This document shows, in pieces, positions 39,997 through 50,094 of a stretch of DNA of 64,000 bases. Every line of letters starts with the position of its first letter. Positions within the stretch are counted from its first letter, which is position 1. The notes below the pieces were generated by a model. That model did no database searches. It was not told where the DNA came from and worked only from the letters and a program-made list of their open reading frames with translations. Source of the stretch: Phormidesmis sp. (GTDB lineage Bacteria; Cyanobacteriota; Cyanobacteriia; Leptolyngbyales; Leptolyngbyaceae); the NCBI GenBank assembly GCA_965248535.1, contig CBDFJR010000005.1, positions 256,001 to 320,000 on the forward strand, written 5' to 3'. A program made the position numbers and the translations under genes.

Positions 39997-40543
39997 TGCC
40001 AAAACTCGGCAGCGAAGCCTCACCGTCTGAGCGAGGAAAGCTCGGCAGATCTAGATGAGAGGTGCGACGAGTTCTCACTGCCAAACGGTAGCTGACGCTT
40101 TGCAACTCGGCGTGAAGCTGACGATTTTCTCGCTGCACCAGCGCCACTTTTTCACGCACCGGAGCCATCCGTTCGGCAAACTTTTGCTTATAGATTTTGG
40201 GCAACTCTTGCACGACTTGCTCTAACATTCGGGCCCGATCGGTCAATTCTTGCACCGACTGCCGCAGTTGATAGATTTCGGCATCGCGATCGGCGATTTG
40301 CTCTTGATAAAACGTCACTTGCTGCTCAACGTTTTGCAGTTGCTCTCGCAAAGCCCGCATCTCTTCTAACTGACGCTCAGAGGAGATCTCAGACACAGGC
40401 ACGGCCGCCGCGTTGCCCTTGACAAGCCGAAAAAGCTCTTGAGAAAGCTGCTGGACGAGTTGATCCCGCATCTGCAACTCTTCTTGCAAACGCACAACCT
40501 CGACTTGCAGGGGTTGAACCGGGGAAATATCAGCTTGGGTCAC
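39989..40543 (-). CDS. Coiled-coil protein (Npun_F5560-like family)
   Basis: RDQLVQQLSQELFRLVKGN; heptad-rich Q/E/L sequence. Confidence 0.7.
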   Translation of the reverse strand: MTQADISPVQPLQVEVVRLQEELQMRDQLVQQLSQELFRLVKGNAAAVPVSEISSERQLEEMRALREQLQNVEQQVTFYQEQIADRDAEIYQLRQSVQELTDRARMLEQVVQELPKIYKQKFAERMAPVREKVALVQRENRQLHAELQSVSYRLAVRTRRTSHLDLPSFPRSDGEASLPSFGNA

Positions 40544-40559
40544 TTACTCCGTTACTCCA

Positions 40560-41561
40560 TTATGAAGGGGTGGTTTGCTTAAGGTTTTCTTCCCAGAGAC
40601 GGGGAGGAGACGCACGACGAATCTCGCGCCAAATTGCAGTTGCCGCTAATGTACCATCTGCAACCGCAATTGATACCTGATTGAGTCCTTCTTTTAGGTC
40701 TCCTAGGGCAAAAACTCGCGCATGAGAGGTGCGGCACATGCTATCGGTGACCAAATTTCCCCCTTTCCACTCTAAATCTAGGTCTTTTAGATATTGGTTA
40801 AAGAAATGGGAACCCATCGCAACCAGTCCGTTTTCAAGCTCTACGATCGAGTCATCTTCTAGCTGCACCCCGGTCATGTGATGGTCATGACCTAAAAATC
40901 GGCGAATCGGCGTTTCAATGAGGGGATAGCCGTGGGCGTGGAGCTTTTCGCGCATCTCTTTGCCGACTTCACACAGCCCTTGCGTAAAGACAGTGATATA
41001 GGGCGTAAACCAGTTCAGCACGAACGCCGTGTTGATGGCAGCTTCGCTGTTCACAAACAAACCACAGGGGGTATCTGCCATCTCATAGCCGTCACAGATC
41101 ATGCAGACGTGGAGGTTATAGCCCGCATAGTCATAGACGTTTTGCATATCGTCTAGGTGGGGCAGATGATCGATCAATCCGCTAGCAGCCACCAAATATT
41201 TAGAGCGAAACACGGGATAGGCGCTGTCTTTTTTGCCGACTTTGACCTTGACCGCAAAGGTGTCACCCTCATCTTGAACTGCCTCGACAAAGCCGGGGAG
41301 ATAGTCACCGTCTAGCGATTGCAGATGGTCTTGCCCTTGCTGAAGGATGGCGCGTCCGGGGGTGGTGGGCGGCAACCCCAAATAATTTCGCATATCCTGC
41401 ATCCAGAACGATCGCCCGCGGCCTTTCTCAATCACTAAAGTCGAAAGACGGTATCGTTGCAGATAGAGAGCGGCTGACAAACCTCCTGCGCCGCCGCCGA
41501 CGATGATGGCATCGTAGGTGCGATCGAGACGCTGATCTAAGTTTTTGCGTGAGAGCTTCAT
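40560..41561 (-). CDS. Thioredoxin-reductase-like flavoprotein (probably DDOR-type)
   Basis: GGGAGG FAD motif, HVCMICDG CxxC, FALGD; lacks the GxGxxA NADPH motif; probable start MKLSRK. Confidence 0.8.
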   Translation of the reverse strand: MKLSRKNLDQRLDRTYDAIIVGGGAGGLSAALYLQRYRLSTLVIEKGRGRSFWMQDMRNYLGLPPTTPGRAILQQGQDHLQSLDGDYLPGFVEAVQDEGDTFAVKVKVGKKDSAYPVFRSKYLVAASGLIDHLPHLDDMQNVYDYAGYNLHVCMICDGYEMADTPCGLFVNSEAAINTAFVLNWFTPYITVFTQGLCEVGKEMREKLHAHGYPLIETPIRRFLGHDHHMTGVQLEDDSIVELENGLVAMGSHFFNQYLKDLDLEWKGGNLVTDSMCRTSHARVFALGDLKEGLNQVSIAVADGTLAATAIWREIRRASPPRLWEENLKQTTPS

Positions 41562-41667
41562 GGCGTGATTTGATAAAACTAAAACTGGGTGAATACAAAC
41601 ATAGGGAGCCATCACAGCCCCCTAACGTCAACAAAAAACCCCTACGCTTACAGCCTAGCTCTGATTT

Positions 41668-41997
41668 CTAGACCTCAGCCGCTTCAACCTCAGCCTCTTC
41701 GGGTGGAGGCACTTCTTGCTTGACGGTCATATAGCGAATGACCTCGGTGCTGAGGCGCATGGCCCGCTCCATGGGCGCAACCTGGCTGCCATCGCCTTGA
41801 TAGTTCATCTGAATATAGACACCTTCGCGCTGTTTGGCGATCTCGTAGGCCAAACGCCGCTTGCCGCGATGTTGAGTTTCGATGATTTCTGCGCCGTTTT
41901 CCTTCAGAATATTCTGATACTTCTCGATCGCTCCATCAACTGCTTCGTCTCCCACATCGGGACGAAGGATATACATAGTTTCGTAAATGTACTTCAT
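41668..41997 (-). CDS. rpsF: 30S ribosomal protein S6
   Basis: [19 protein letters not shown] and VIRYMTVK motifs. Confidence 0.98.
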   Translation of the reverse strand: MKYIYETMYILRPDVGDEAVDGAIEKYQNILKENGAEIIETQHRGKRRLAYEIAKQREGVYIQMNYQGDGSQVAPMERAMRLSTEVIRYMTVKQEVPPPEEAEVEAAEV

Positions 41998-42006
41998 TGC
42001 AACGGT

Positions 42007-42113
42007 CTCCTTATGGACAATGGGCTTTTTAGGTGGCTGTTCAAATTTGGCAGATCGTGTCGATCAGCACTTGACGTGCGCCTTTATTGACCAATCATTA
42101 AAAAAGCAAGGAC
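42007..42113 (-). ncRNA. rpsF leader (S6:S18-binding element)
   Basis: Minus strand GTCCTT-GCTTTTT ... AAAAAGC-CCATTGTCCAT-AAGGAG: TCCTT pairs with the SD AAGGA, a second stem, and a CC-containing bulge; TAGAAT -10 at 42119-42124. Confidence 0.65.
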
Positions 42114-42247
42114 TTATAATTCTATATCAGTTTTTCAGCAATCCGGTTGACTGATTCAAGATCGGGGAGTTGTCGGTTTGGTTCACCGCTCGATCGTGAT
42201 TTGCATTCTTTAAATGACTCGCTAAATTACAAGGTATCGGTTTAGTT

Positions 42248-43042
42248 ATGGCACAGCGCTATGTTCGAGTCCAAAGTCTAGACGGGAAGATTCACTATGG
42301 GCTGCTGCAAATCGATCGCAGAGTTCAGGTTTTAGATGCGCCTCCGTGGTTAAAGGGGCAACTGACCGCCCTCGAATTGAACGCTAACGACTATCAAATC
42401 TTGGCTCCCTGTGCGCCTTCAAAAATCGTGGCGGTGGGCAAAAACTATGCCAATCATGCGGCCGAGATGGGAACGCCCGTGCCGCAGGAGCCGCTGTTGT
42501 TTCTCAAGCCGCCGACTTCTGTCATTGCCTCTAACGGCGAGATTATGTATCCTTTTCAGTCAGAGCGAGTGGACTATGAGGGAGAACTGGCGCTGGTGAT
42601 CGGCGATCGCTGCACCCACTGCACGCCCGAAGAGGCTCACAGCAAGATTTGGGGCTATACGATCGCCAACGATGTGACGGCGAGAGATTTGCAAAAACAA
42701 GACGGACAGTGGACGCGGGCCAAGGGTTTTGACACGTTTTGCCCATTGGGGCCGTGGGTGGTGAGAGAAATCAGTTCAGGGGCACGGCTGCAAACCTTTG
42801 TCAATGACAGCGTTCGGCCGGCTCAGTCTGCCGCCATTAGTGAAATGGTGTTTGCGCCGGATGCGCTGGTGTCTTATATCAGTCAGGTGATGACGCTGCT
42901 GCCCGGAGATGTAGTGTTAACGGGAACACCTGAAGGAGTTGGTGCGATCGGGGTCGGCGATCGCATCCGCATTGAGATTGAGGGGATCGGCTTTTTAGAG
43001 AACTCTGTCACCACTCGCGCTGCGGTGCCCCAAGTCTCATGA
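42248..43042 (+). CDS. Fumarylacetoacetate hydrolase family protein
   Basis: VGKNYANHAAE, FLKP, DYEGEL, NDVTARD and LTGTPEGVG motifs. Confidence 0.93.
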   Translation: MAQRYVRVQSLDGKIHYGLLQIDRRVQVLDAPPWLKGQLTALELNANDYQILAPCAPSKIVAVGKNYANHAAEMGTPVPQEPLLFLKPPTSVIASNGEIMYPFQSERVDYEGELALVIGDRCTHCTPEEAHSKIWGYTIANDVTARDLQKQDGQWTRAKGFDTFCPLGPWVVREISSGARLQTFVNDSVRPAQSAAISEMVFAPDALVSYISQVMTLLPGDVVLTGTPEGVGAIGVGDRIRIEIEGIGFLENSVTTRAAVPQVS

Positions 43043-43043
43043 C

Positions 43044-43550
43044 TTATCGGACTTGCGTATAGGCCGCGTCAGAAATCGTGGGGATCTCAGCATAGCGACC
43101 CAGTGCCGACTGCACGATCGAGTAACCCAATCCTGCGAGCGTCCCTAGGAAAATAGTGTTGAACAGCGTTTGAGTTAAGATTAAGAACTCTTTTCTAAGA
43201 AGAATAGCCCCCAGACCATATTGCCAAACGACGCTGATCAAGCTCAAGACAATGCCAAACATAATAGCTTGCATGACATTGAACCGAATGAAATGAGGAA
43301 TGCTTTCGTTTCTGACCACCAGCAAAAACAGCGCAAAGAACACAATAAACGCCGTGATCCCACCAAAACTAAAGTAGACAGACAACAGAGGCGACAGAGG
43401 AAGCGCAATGATCGCTAAGAGCGGAGTGAAGAAAGACCCTGTGATACTTAACGGAACACTCACTAGAACAATCAGATCGAGCAGGGGCAAAAGATAGGCG
43501 AGGCAAGCGAAGATACGATCGGATACGGTTGTAGACCCACGCAAAGACAT
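43044..43550 (-). CDS. Tic20 / Ycf60 family membrane protein
   Basis: DRIFACLAYLLPL, VRNESIPHFIRFNVMQA and GRYAEIPTISDAAYTQVR motifs. Confidence 0.88.
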   Translation of the reverse strand: MSLRGSTTVSDRIFACLAYLLPLLDLIVLVSVPLSITGSFFTPLLAIIALPLSPLLSVYFSFGGITAFIVFFALFLLVVRNESIPHFIRFNVMQAIMFGIVLSLISVVWQYGLGAILLRKEFLILTQTLFNTIFLGTLAGLGYSIVQSALGRYAEIPTISDAAYTQVR

Positions 43551-43621
43551 GGTGCGCTCTCCCAGATAAAGTGTTGGTTTCTAAGGTCTTTAGCCCAGAA
43601 TAACGCAAATCCTCTGCCCGC

Positions 43622-43819
43622 TCACTCAACGTCAGCCACCCGAAACCCCATCTGACACTCAAACTGATCGGGCTGCTGCTCAGTCAGCTTGCGAATGGCG
43701 TGGCCACAGCGAAGCTCTCCGTGGCTCCAGCGAGGTTGCCCGCTTTGGTCTGCCATCAAACAGGTTTTGCAGACTTTTTGGGGAGAGAGGATGCGATCGC
43801 CGACCAAAATGACTAACAT
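43622..43819 (-). CDS. Small conserved Cys-containing hypothetical protein
   Basis: 65 aa with CxxC...C...CxMGF; GGAGG RBS upstream. Confidence 0.7.
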   Translation of the reverse strand: MLVILVGDRILSPQKVCKTCLMADQSGQPRWSHGELRCGHAIRKLTEQQPDQFECQMGFRVADVE

Positions 43820-44154
43820 TTCACGCCTCCAATAAACGTTACGGCGTAGTCTTATAGGTCATTGCAGAGAATCTGAGGCAGCTAAAGCCCTAAAAGAACT
43901 GACCAAACTGACTATTAACTCAATTTTAGAACAGCTTCTAATCCGATACCGATAAGTCTTATACAGCTTAGTTGAAAACAGCCTGTGTGCTCTCTTGGTT
44001 AAAGGATGCGGATTTTGGGGAGCGATCGCTAGAATTCAGCAATCTGTCTAGTCTACTAACTATTCGTGTAACCCCTAAGCCATGAATCCACGAGGTTTCT
44101 GTAGACGTAATAAAACTACAGAAACAACCGATCGCCGAAATTAGGAGACCCATC

Positions 44155-44610
44155 ATGCGCGTTGCTTACTTTAGACTTGCATCCATATTGGGAGTTGTAG
44201 GGGCCCTTAGCCTCAGCAGTTCTTCAGGTGCCAACCATCCTCCTTTATTTGCGGTTCTTTCGGGCGGGAACGAGGTAGACATGAAAGGTATGGCTGCTAA
44301 AGGTGACCCCGATGCCTATGGGTCAGCCACGATCATTCTAAATTCAACTAAAAATACCCTTTGTTTTGCCCTAACCGTTGACAATATCGAACCCGCTACC
44401 GCCGCCCATATTCACAAAGGCACTGCGGGTATGAATGGGCCTGTGGTCGTTCCTCTGACGGCTCCTATGATGTCGCCGGGTGCTTCTAGCGGCTGTGTGA
44501 CGATCGATGCCGCTTTACTCAAAGATATGCAAGATAAATCAACAGGCTACTATGTCAATCTGCATAATCCTAAATTTAAAGATGGTGCGCTTCGGGGTCA
44601 GCTTTACTAG
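44155..44610 (+). CDS. Exported CHRD domain protein
   Basis: Signal peptide; LSGGNEV, AAHIHKG..G.NGPVV and YVNLHNPKFKDGALRGQL motifs. Confidence 0.9.
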   Translation: MRVAYFRLASILGVVGALSLSSSSGANHPPLFAVLSGGNEVDMKGMAAKGDPDAYGSATIILNSTKNTLCFALTVDNIEPATAAHIHKGTAGMNGPVVVPLTAPMMSPGASSGCVTIDAALLKDMQDKSTGYYVNLHNPKFKDGALRGQLY

Positions 44611-44753
44611 AACGCGCTGCCTGACTGCTGTTATTAGGGGTAAGCAATAGTCTGGGTGTAGGTCGTTGAGGGATCAGATACGCTATTCGCTCCGAATACA
44701 GTCACTCTAACCAAAACCCTAGGGATCAAGAATTAAATTAGGACTCAGATCTG

Positions 44754-44784
44754 AGAATGGGCACGGCCATGCCGTGCCCATTCT
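44754..44784. repeat. REP-like palindrome, copy 4 (extended stem; probable terminator for the convergent CHRD and kdpC genes)
   Basis: agaatgggcacggc-cat-gccgtgcccattct, 14-bp perfect stem. Confidence 0.85.
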
Positions 44785-44819
44785 TGTTGTCAGAAACAGA
44801 GAGGATTCAATTCAGCATC

Positions 44820-45461
44820 CTAACCTGGCTTCAGCGCATCTAACGCTAAATTCAGCTTCAGCACATTCACCCCCGGCTCACCAAACAGACCCAGAAATCG
44901 ACCGTCTGTGTTTTGAGCAATTAACCCTTTAAGCTGGTCAGGCGACAGGCTGCGCGCTTTAGCCACCCGATCGATCTGAGCCGTTGCCCCATCGGGCGTA
45001 ATGTGGGGATCAAGACTAGACCCAGACGTATAGACTAAATCTGCCGTTGGCTTTACCCCTGCCTTTTGCAAACGGGGCAGATCGCCCTCGATCGCTTTGG
45101 CGGGGTCGGGGTCACTTTTGCCTTTGATGCGGTCTAACAGGGCTGGGTTGCTCGGAGCCAAATTGCTCGCGCCCGATACGCCCGTTTTGAGAATGCCTGC
45201 ATCATCTTTTTTAGGATCGGCAGTGCTGTAACTAGTGGTGCTAGGGCGGCTATTAAAGTAGCGATCGGACGTAAAAGGCTGACCGATCAGTGCCGAGCCA
45301 ACCACCTGCCCTTGAGCATTTTTGAGCAAGCTGCCGTTGGCTTGGAAGGGAAAGACAAGTTGCCCAAAGGCAATCATCGCAAATGGGTAAATAATCGCCG
45401 TCAAAACCCAAAGCACCAACGTAGATCGAACGGCTCTGCTAGCCTCGCGTGCAAAACTCAT
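44820..45461 (-). CDS. kdpC: K+-transporting ATPase subunit C
   Basis: QANGSL, GSALIGQPF, SGASNLAPSN, SGSSLDPHI and GEPGVNVLKLNLALD motifs; start MSFARE. Confidence 0.95.
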   Translation of the reverse strand: MSFAREASRAVRSTLVLWVLTAIIYPFAMIAFGQLVFPFQANGSLLKNAQGQVVGSALIGQPFTSDRYFNSRPSTTSYSTADPKKDDAGILKTGVSGASNLAPSNPALLDRIKGKSDPDPAKAIEGDLPRLQKAGVKPTADLVYTSGSSLDPHITPDGATAQIDRVAKARSLSPDQLKGLIAQNTDGRFLGLFGEPGVNVLKLNLALDALKPG

Positions 45462-45736
45462 TAGAATCTCTCCGGTACAAACATGACAAAAAATAGATAG
45501 ACAGAGAGGGCGATCGTGACTAGACCCAGCGCCCCCAGACAATAGGCTTGAGTGCGAGAAAACTCGCCGCCCGTAGCCGCCAGCACGGCAGGTGCCAGCA
45601 CCAAGTTAAAGCACAGCCCCAGAAATAGATAAAGCGGCAGTTTTTGTCTGCGCCCCTCAGACCAGATCTCAGTCACGGTCTCAATAACTTGAGCCGGACT
45701 CTGTTTAGGAATTTGAGGCAAATGGGTGAGTTTCAT
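45461..45736 (-). CDS. kdpF: KdpF-like subunit with N-terminal extension (cyanobacterial KdpG type)
   Basis: C-terminal LSVYLFFVMFVPERF KdpF signature; two hydrophobic segments; located between kdpB and kdpC. Confidence 0.75.
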   Translation of the reverse strand: MKLTHLPQIPKQSPAQVIETVTEIWSEGRRQKLPLYLFLGLCFNLVLAPAVLAATGGEFSRTQAYCLGALGLVTIALSVYLFFVMFVPERF

Positions 45737-45785
45737 AAAGATTAATGTTGAGAGAATCACAAAACGAATGCTCAAAGACTCTGGG

Positions 45786-47888
45786 TTAAGAAAATGGAAT
45801 GATCAGGTCGATGAGTTTGATAGCGATAAAAGGAGCAATCACCCCTCCAACCCCGTAGATCAAGATATTGCGACGCAGCAGTTGGTCGGCCGTTAATGGA
45901 CGAAACTGCACCCCTTTTAACGCTAGCGGAATCAGAGCCGGAATGATTAGCGCATTGTAAATCAATGCTGAAACGATCGCCGACTGAGGACTTTTTAACC
46001 CCATGATATTCAGGGAGCCAATGCCAGCCGCCGCAAAAATCGTGGGAATGATCGCAAAATATTTGGCGATGTCATTGGCGATCGAGAAGGTCGTCAGCGC
46101 CCCGCGAGTGATCAAGAGTTGTTTCCCGATCGTCACCAAATCAATTAGCTTGGTCGGGTCAGAATCTAGATCCACCATGTTGGCAGCTTCTTTAGCCGCT
46201 TGGGTGCCAGAGTTCATCGCCACACCCACGTTGGCTTGAGCCAGCGCAGGCGCGTCATTGGTGCCGTCGCCCGTCATCGCCACCAGCTTGCCTTCTGCCT
46301 GCTCTTTGCGAATCACCTCGATTTTGTCTTCGGGGGTGGCTTCTGCAATAAAGTCATCGACTCCGGCTTCTTGGGCGATCACCGAAGCAGTAATGCGATT
46401 ATCACCCGTGAGCATGATGGTCTTCACCCCCATGCGGCGCAGTTGGTCAAAGCGTTCTCGCAGCCCCGGTTTGACAATATCTTTGAGATAGATCACCCCA
46501 TAGATATCGTCGTCGAGGCAGGCTGCTAAGGGCGTGCCTCCCAGTCTAGACACCCGCTCATAGGCTTCATCAAGCTCAGGCGAAACCTTGCCGCCTCGTG
46601 AGCGGACAAAGCCTCTGATGGCATCGACTGCCCCTTTGCGAGCTTCGCGCCCATCGGGTAAGTTGGTGCCGCTCATGCGGGTTCGGGCTGAGAATTCTAA
46701 CCCTTCGGCAGCATCGGGTTTGAAATCGACTTCAGCGCCATTTTTTTCGGCGAGTCGCACGATCGAGCGACCTTCGGGCGTTTCATCAAAGACGCTGGCT
46801 GCCAAACAGACCTGAGACATCTCTTGAAGAGAATGACCGTTGACGGGAATAAATTCGTCTGCTAGACGGTTGCCCAGGGTAATCGTGCCTGTCTTGTCTA
46901 GCACTAGGGTGCCCACGTCGCCGCAGGCTTCGACGGCTCGACCCGATGTAGCAATGACGTTAAATTGCGCCACGCGATCCATTCCGGCAATGCCGATCGC
47001 GCTCAACAAGCCCCCGATCGTGGTGGGAATCAACGCCACCAGCAGCGACACTAAGATCGCGATCGTAGTCGGAGAACCCACATAGTTTGCCAACGGTGGA
47101 ATCGTGGAGACCACAATCAAAAACACCAGCGTTAACACAGACAGCAGCACCGTTAGCGCGATTTCGTTGGGCGTTTTGCTGCGTTCGGCTCCTTCGACCA
47201 GGGCAATCATGCGATCGATAAAGCCCTGACCCGGATCGGAGGTGACGTTAATAATCAGTTCGTCTGAGAGAATGCGCGTGCCGCCCGTGACCGAACTGGC
47301 GATGTCTGTGCCGGGCTGCTTGAGCACAGGGGCAGATTCTCCGGTGATCGCAGACTCGTCTACGGCCGCAACGCCCGTCACCACTTCACCATCCGCCGGG
47401 ATCATGTCACCCGCGACCACCTTGACACGATCGCCCTTCCGCAGAGCCGTAGAACTCACTTCTTGAATCGAACCGTCTGCCAAAAGCTTGTGGGCAATGG
47501 TGTCTGAGCGCGTAGATCGCAAAGCATCGGCCTGAGCTTTACCGCGCCCTTCGGCAACGGCTTCGGCAAAGTTGGCAAACACGAGGGTAAAGAACAGAAT
47601 GAACGTGATCACTCCGTTGAGCAATCGCTGTTGCCCCGGATCTGCCTGAACGGTGCCAAACAAATTGGGGTCGAGCGTCACTAAAAAAGTCACGATCGTG
47701 CCCACCCAAACCACAAACATGACGGGATTTCTCACCTCAATGCGCGGGTCGAGTTTGATAAACGATTCGCGAATGGCTCGCTGATATAAGCCTCGCATAT
47801 CGGCTTTAGGCGTGTGGCGGCGATTTTCGCGAGAGCCGCTCGGCGTGCTGGCACGAGACGGACTAGTCGAATCCTGAGGAGTTTGCAT
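45786..47888 (-). CDS. kdpB: K+-transporting ATPase subunit B
   Basis: TGES, DKTGT, KGAVDA, TGDN and [11 protein letters not shown]-type ATPase motifs. Confidence 0.98.
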   Translation of the reverse strand: MQTPQDSTSPSRASTPSGSRENRRHTPKADMRGLYQRAIRESFIKLDPRIEVRNPVMFVVWVGTIVTFLVTLDPNLFGTVQADPGQQRLLNGVITFILFFTLVFANFAEAVAEGRGKAQADALRSTRSDTIAHKLLADGSIQEVSSTALRKGDRVKVVAGDMIPADGEVVTGVAAVDESAITGESAPVLKQPGTDIASSVTGGTRILSDELIINVTSDPGQGFIDRMIALVEGAERSKTPNEIALTVLLSVLTLVFLIVVSTIPPLANYVGSPTTIAILVSLLVALIPTTIGGLLSAIGIAGMDRVAQFNVIATSGRAVEACGDVGTLVLDKTGTITLGNRLADEFIPVNGHSLQEMSQVCLAASVFDETPEGRSIVRLAEKNGAEVDFKPDAAEGLEFSARTRMSGTNLPDGREARKGAVDAIRGFVRSRGGKVSPELDEAYERVSRLGGTPLAACLDDDIYGVIYLKDIVKPGLRERFDQLRRMGVKTIMLTGDNRITASVIAQEAGVDDFIAEATPEDKIEVIRKEQAEGKLVAMTGDGTNDAPALAQANVGVAMNSGTQAAKEAANMVDLDSDPTKLIDLVTIGKQLLITRGALTTFSIANDIAKYFAIIPTIFAAAGIGSLNIMGLKSPQSAIVSALIYNALIIPALIPLALKGVQFRPLTADQLLRRNILIYGVGGVIAPFIAIKLIDLIIPFS

Positions 47889-47973
47889 AAATTTTGGGTC
47901 TATCGTCAATAGTCAATGCGTCAGTCAATAGCGTCAAAAAAGTCCGATCCCAAGCAGAACTATTTACATTCGG

Positions 47974-49713
47974 CTAGCCAATGCCTTTGGCGATTTGAAA
48001 CGCTTCGGCGATCGGGCCCAGGGCCAAAACTGGAAAGAAGCTGAGTGCGCCCATGATCAAAATCACGCCTGCCGTGATGCCCGTAAATAGGGCTGTATCG
48101 GTGCGAAGGGTGCCCACCGTTTGAGGAACAGGCTGTTTGCGCGACATACTATCCGCCAAGAGCAAGAGAGCCACGATCGGCACATAGCGCCCCATCAGCA
48201 AACTAAACGACGTGCTCAGGTTCCACCACAGGGCAGAAGGGGCGGGCTGAGAGTCCAAAAGGCCTTCAAAGCCAGAGCCATTGTTGGCAGCCGCAGATGC
48301 ATATTCATAGAGCACTTGCGTCAGCCCATGAAACGAGGGATTAGCAATGCCGTTATAAAACCCTTGAGCAGTAACTCCATCGGGGGCACTGGGCAACGCC
48401 ATCGAGATCGCACCTGGAATCAGAATGGCGATCGGGTGCACCAGCAAAATCAAAAAGCTGGCTAGCACAACCTCCCGTTTCTCAATCTTGCGACCCAAAA
48501 ATTCTGGGGTGCGTCCGACCATTAACCCGGTGACAAAGACCGCCAAAATCAAGTAGGCAAACAAATAAGCGGTGCCTGTGCCCTGTCCGCCCCAAATGAT
48601 TTGTAGGAACATATTAGACAACATGACAAAGCCGCCGTTGGGCATAAACGAGTCGTGAAAGCTGTTAACTGCCCCGCACATTGTGCCCGTCGTAATTGCC
48701 GAAAACAGCGCCGATTGCGCCCAGCCAAACCGGACTTCTTTGCCTTCTAGGTTAGGAGCCTGACCACCGAGCAGCGCATTCACTGCTGGATTGCCGTTAT
48801 ATTCTCCGATCGCGCTTATGATAATGAAGACAATTGAGATCGTTAACACCATGCCATACACTAACCAAGCTTGCTTGCGATTGTTAGCAAACACACCGTA
48901 GGTATAGATGAATGATGACGGAATTGCCACCATGCCCACGATTTGAATCAGGTTTGTAAACGGACTAGGATTCTCAAACGGGTGAGCCGAGTTAATGGCA
49001 AAGAAACCGCCGCCATTTTCTCCAATCTGCTTCAAAATCTCAAAGTGAGCGACTGGGCCAAGCGCGATCGCTTGGCTAATCGCGGGATTCTCTAGCGTGG
49101 GCACAACAACCGGGCCCGCCAGAGTTTCGGGCACGCCGCCTGCAATTAGGGCAATGGCTCCTAGAACGCCGATCGGTAAGAGAATTCGAGTAATCGATCG
49201 CGTCAAATCCACATAAAAGTTACCCAGCGGTCTCCCGGTCAAGCCGCGAATAAAGGCAATGCCCACCGCCAACCCCGTGGCCGCTGAGACAAAAAACATA
49301 TAGCCCAAACCAGCAAATTGAGCAAAATAACCATAGGTCGTTTCGCCAGAATAATGCTGCTGATTGGTGTTGGTCACAAATGAAATCGTCGTGTGCAGAA
49401 CGGTGTCCCAGGTTGGTGCACTTAGCCCCGTTGGGTTAAAGGGCAACCACCCCTGACCAAACAAAATAAACGCCAGCAGCAGCGCCATCACAACATTGCT
49501 ATAAAGCACTGCCCGCGCATATTGCCAGCCCGTCATATTCTCTTTTGCTTGCACACCCACCAGCGAGTAGAGAACTCGCTCAATGGGATTCAAAGCCCGA
49601 TCGAGAACCGTCCTTTGCTCTTGAAAAACACGAGCCATATATCCCCCTAGAAAGGGAGTAATCACTACTACGATCAGCAGCGTTAATGCAATCTGAATCC
49701 ATCCTTGAAGCAT
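47974..49713 (-). CDS. kdpA: K+-transporting ATPase subunit A
   Basis: [35 protein letters not shown] and [10 protein letters not shown] motifs. Confidence 0.97.
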   Translation of the reverse strand: MLQGWIQIALTLLIVVVITPFLGGYMARVFQEQRTVLDRALNPIERVLYSLVGVQAKENMTGWQYARAVLYSNVVMALLLAFILFGQGWLPFNPTGLSAPTWDTVLHTTISFVTNTNQQHYSGETTYGYFAQFAGLGYMFFVSAATGLAVGIAFIRGLTGRPLGNFYVDLTRSITRILLPIGVLGAIALIAGGVPETLAGPVVVPTLENPAISQAIALGPVAHFEILKQIGENGGGFFAINSAHPFENPSPFTNLIQIVGMVAIPSSFIYTYGVFANNRKQAWLVYGMVLTISIVFIIISAIGEYNGNPAVNALLGGQAPNLEGKEVRFGWAQSALFSAITTGTMCGAVNSFHDSFMPNGGFVMLSNMFLQIIWGGQGTGTAYLFAYLILAVFVTGLMVGRTPEFLGRKIEKREVVLASFLILLVHPIAILIPGAISMALPSAPDGVTAQGFYNGIANPSFHGLTQVLYEYASAAANNGSGFEGLLDSQPAPSALWWNLSTSFSLLMGRYVPIVALLLLADSMSRKQPVPQTVGTLRTDTALFTGITAGVILIMGALSFFPVLALGPIAEAFQIAKGIG

Positions 49714-49794
49714 GGGTTCGTTGAACTCCAATACAATAAGCGTAATTTTTTATCAAGAAGTAGGATTGCCAAAGCCAAGTCACCGTCAATGACT

Positions 49795-49810
49795 CTTAGA
49801 AGCTTCTAAG
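49795..49810. promoter_or_regulatory. Perfect 16-bp palindrome upstream of kdpA (candidate operator)
   Basis: CTTAGAAGCTTCTAAG is its own reverse complement. Confidence 0.4.
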
Positions 49811-50094
49811 CCTTGAAAATGATGATTTCACGAACAAACTAATCTCACTGAGTTAAATGACTGCTTTAGAGAATCACTCAATCCTTGACAAAGCTAATCA
49901 TGGAAGATTTTGTAAAAAACCACAAGGTATATTTTTGCGTTTATCCGACTGGTATATCTGCCAAACTAGACTTGAAGCTGAACCTATTTGATGTGTTTAG
50001 TGAGCGTCTATATCTAGACATATAGTGGGGTCTAAACATCGACTAAACCCTCAAATTTAGACCTAGACTTTCTATATTGCGTTGTAAATAACTG

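Noticed and set aside
44107..44119. NtcA box upstream of the CHRD gene
   Set aside because: Spacing is GTA-N7-TAC, not GTA-N8-TAC
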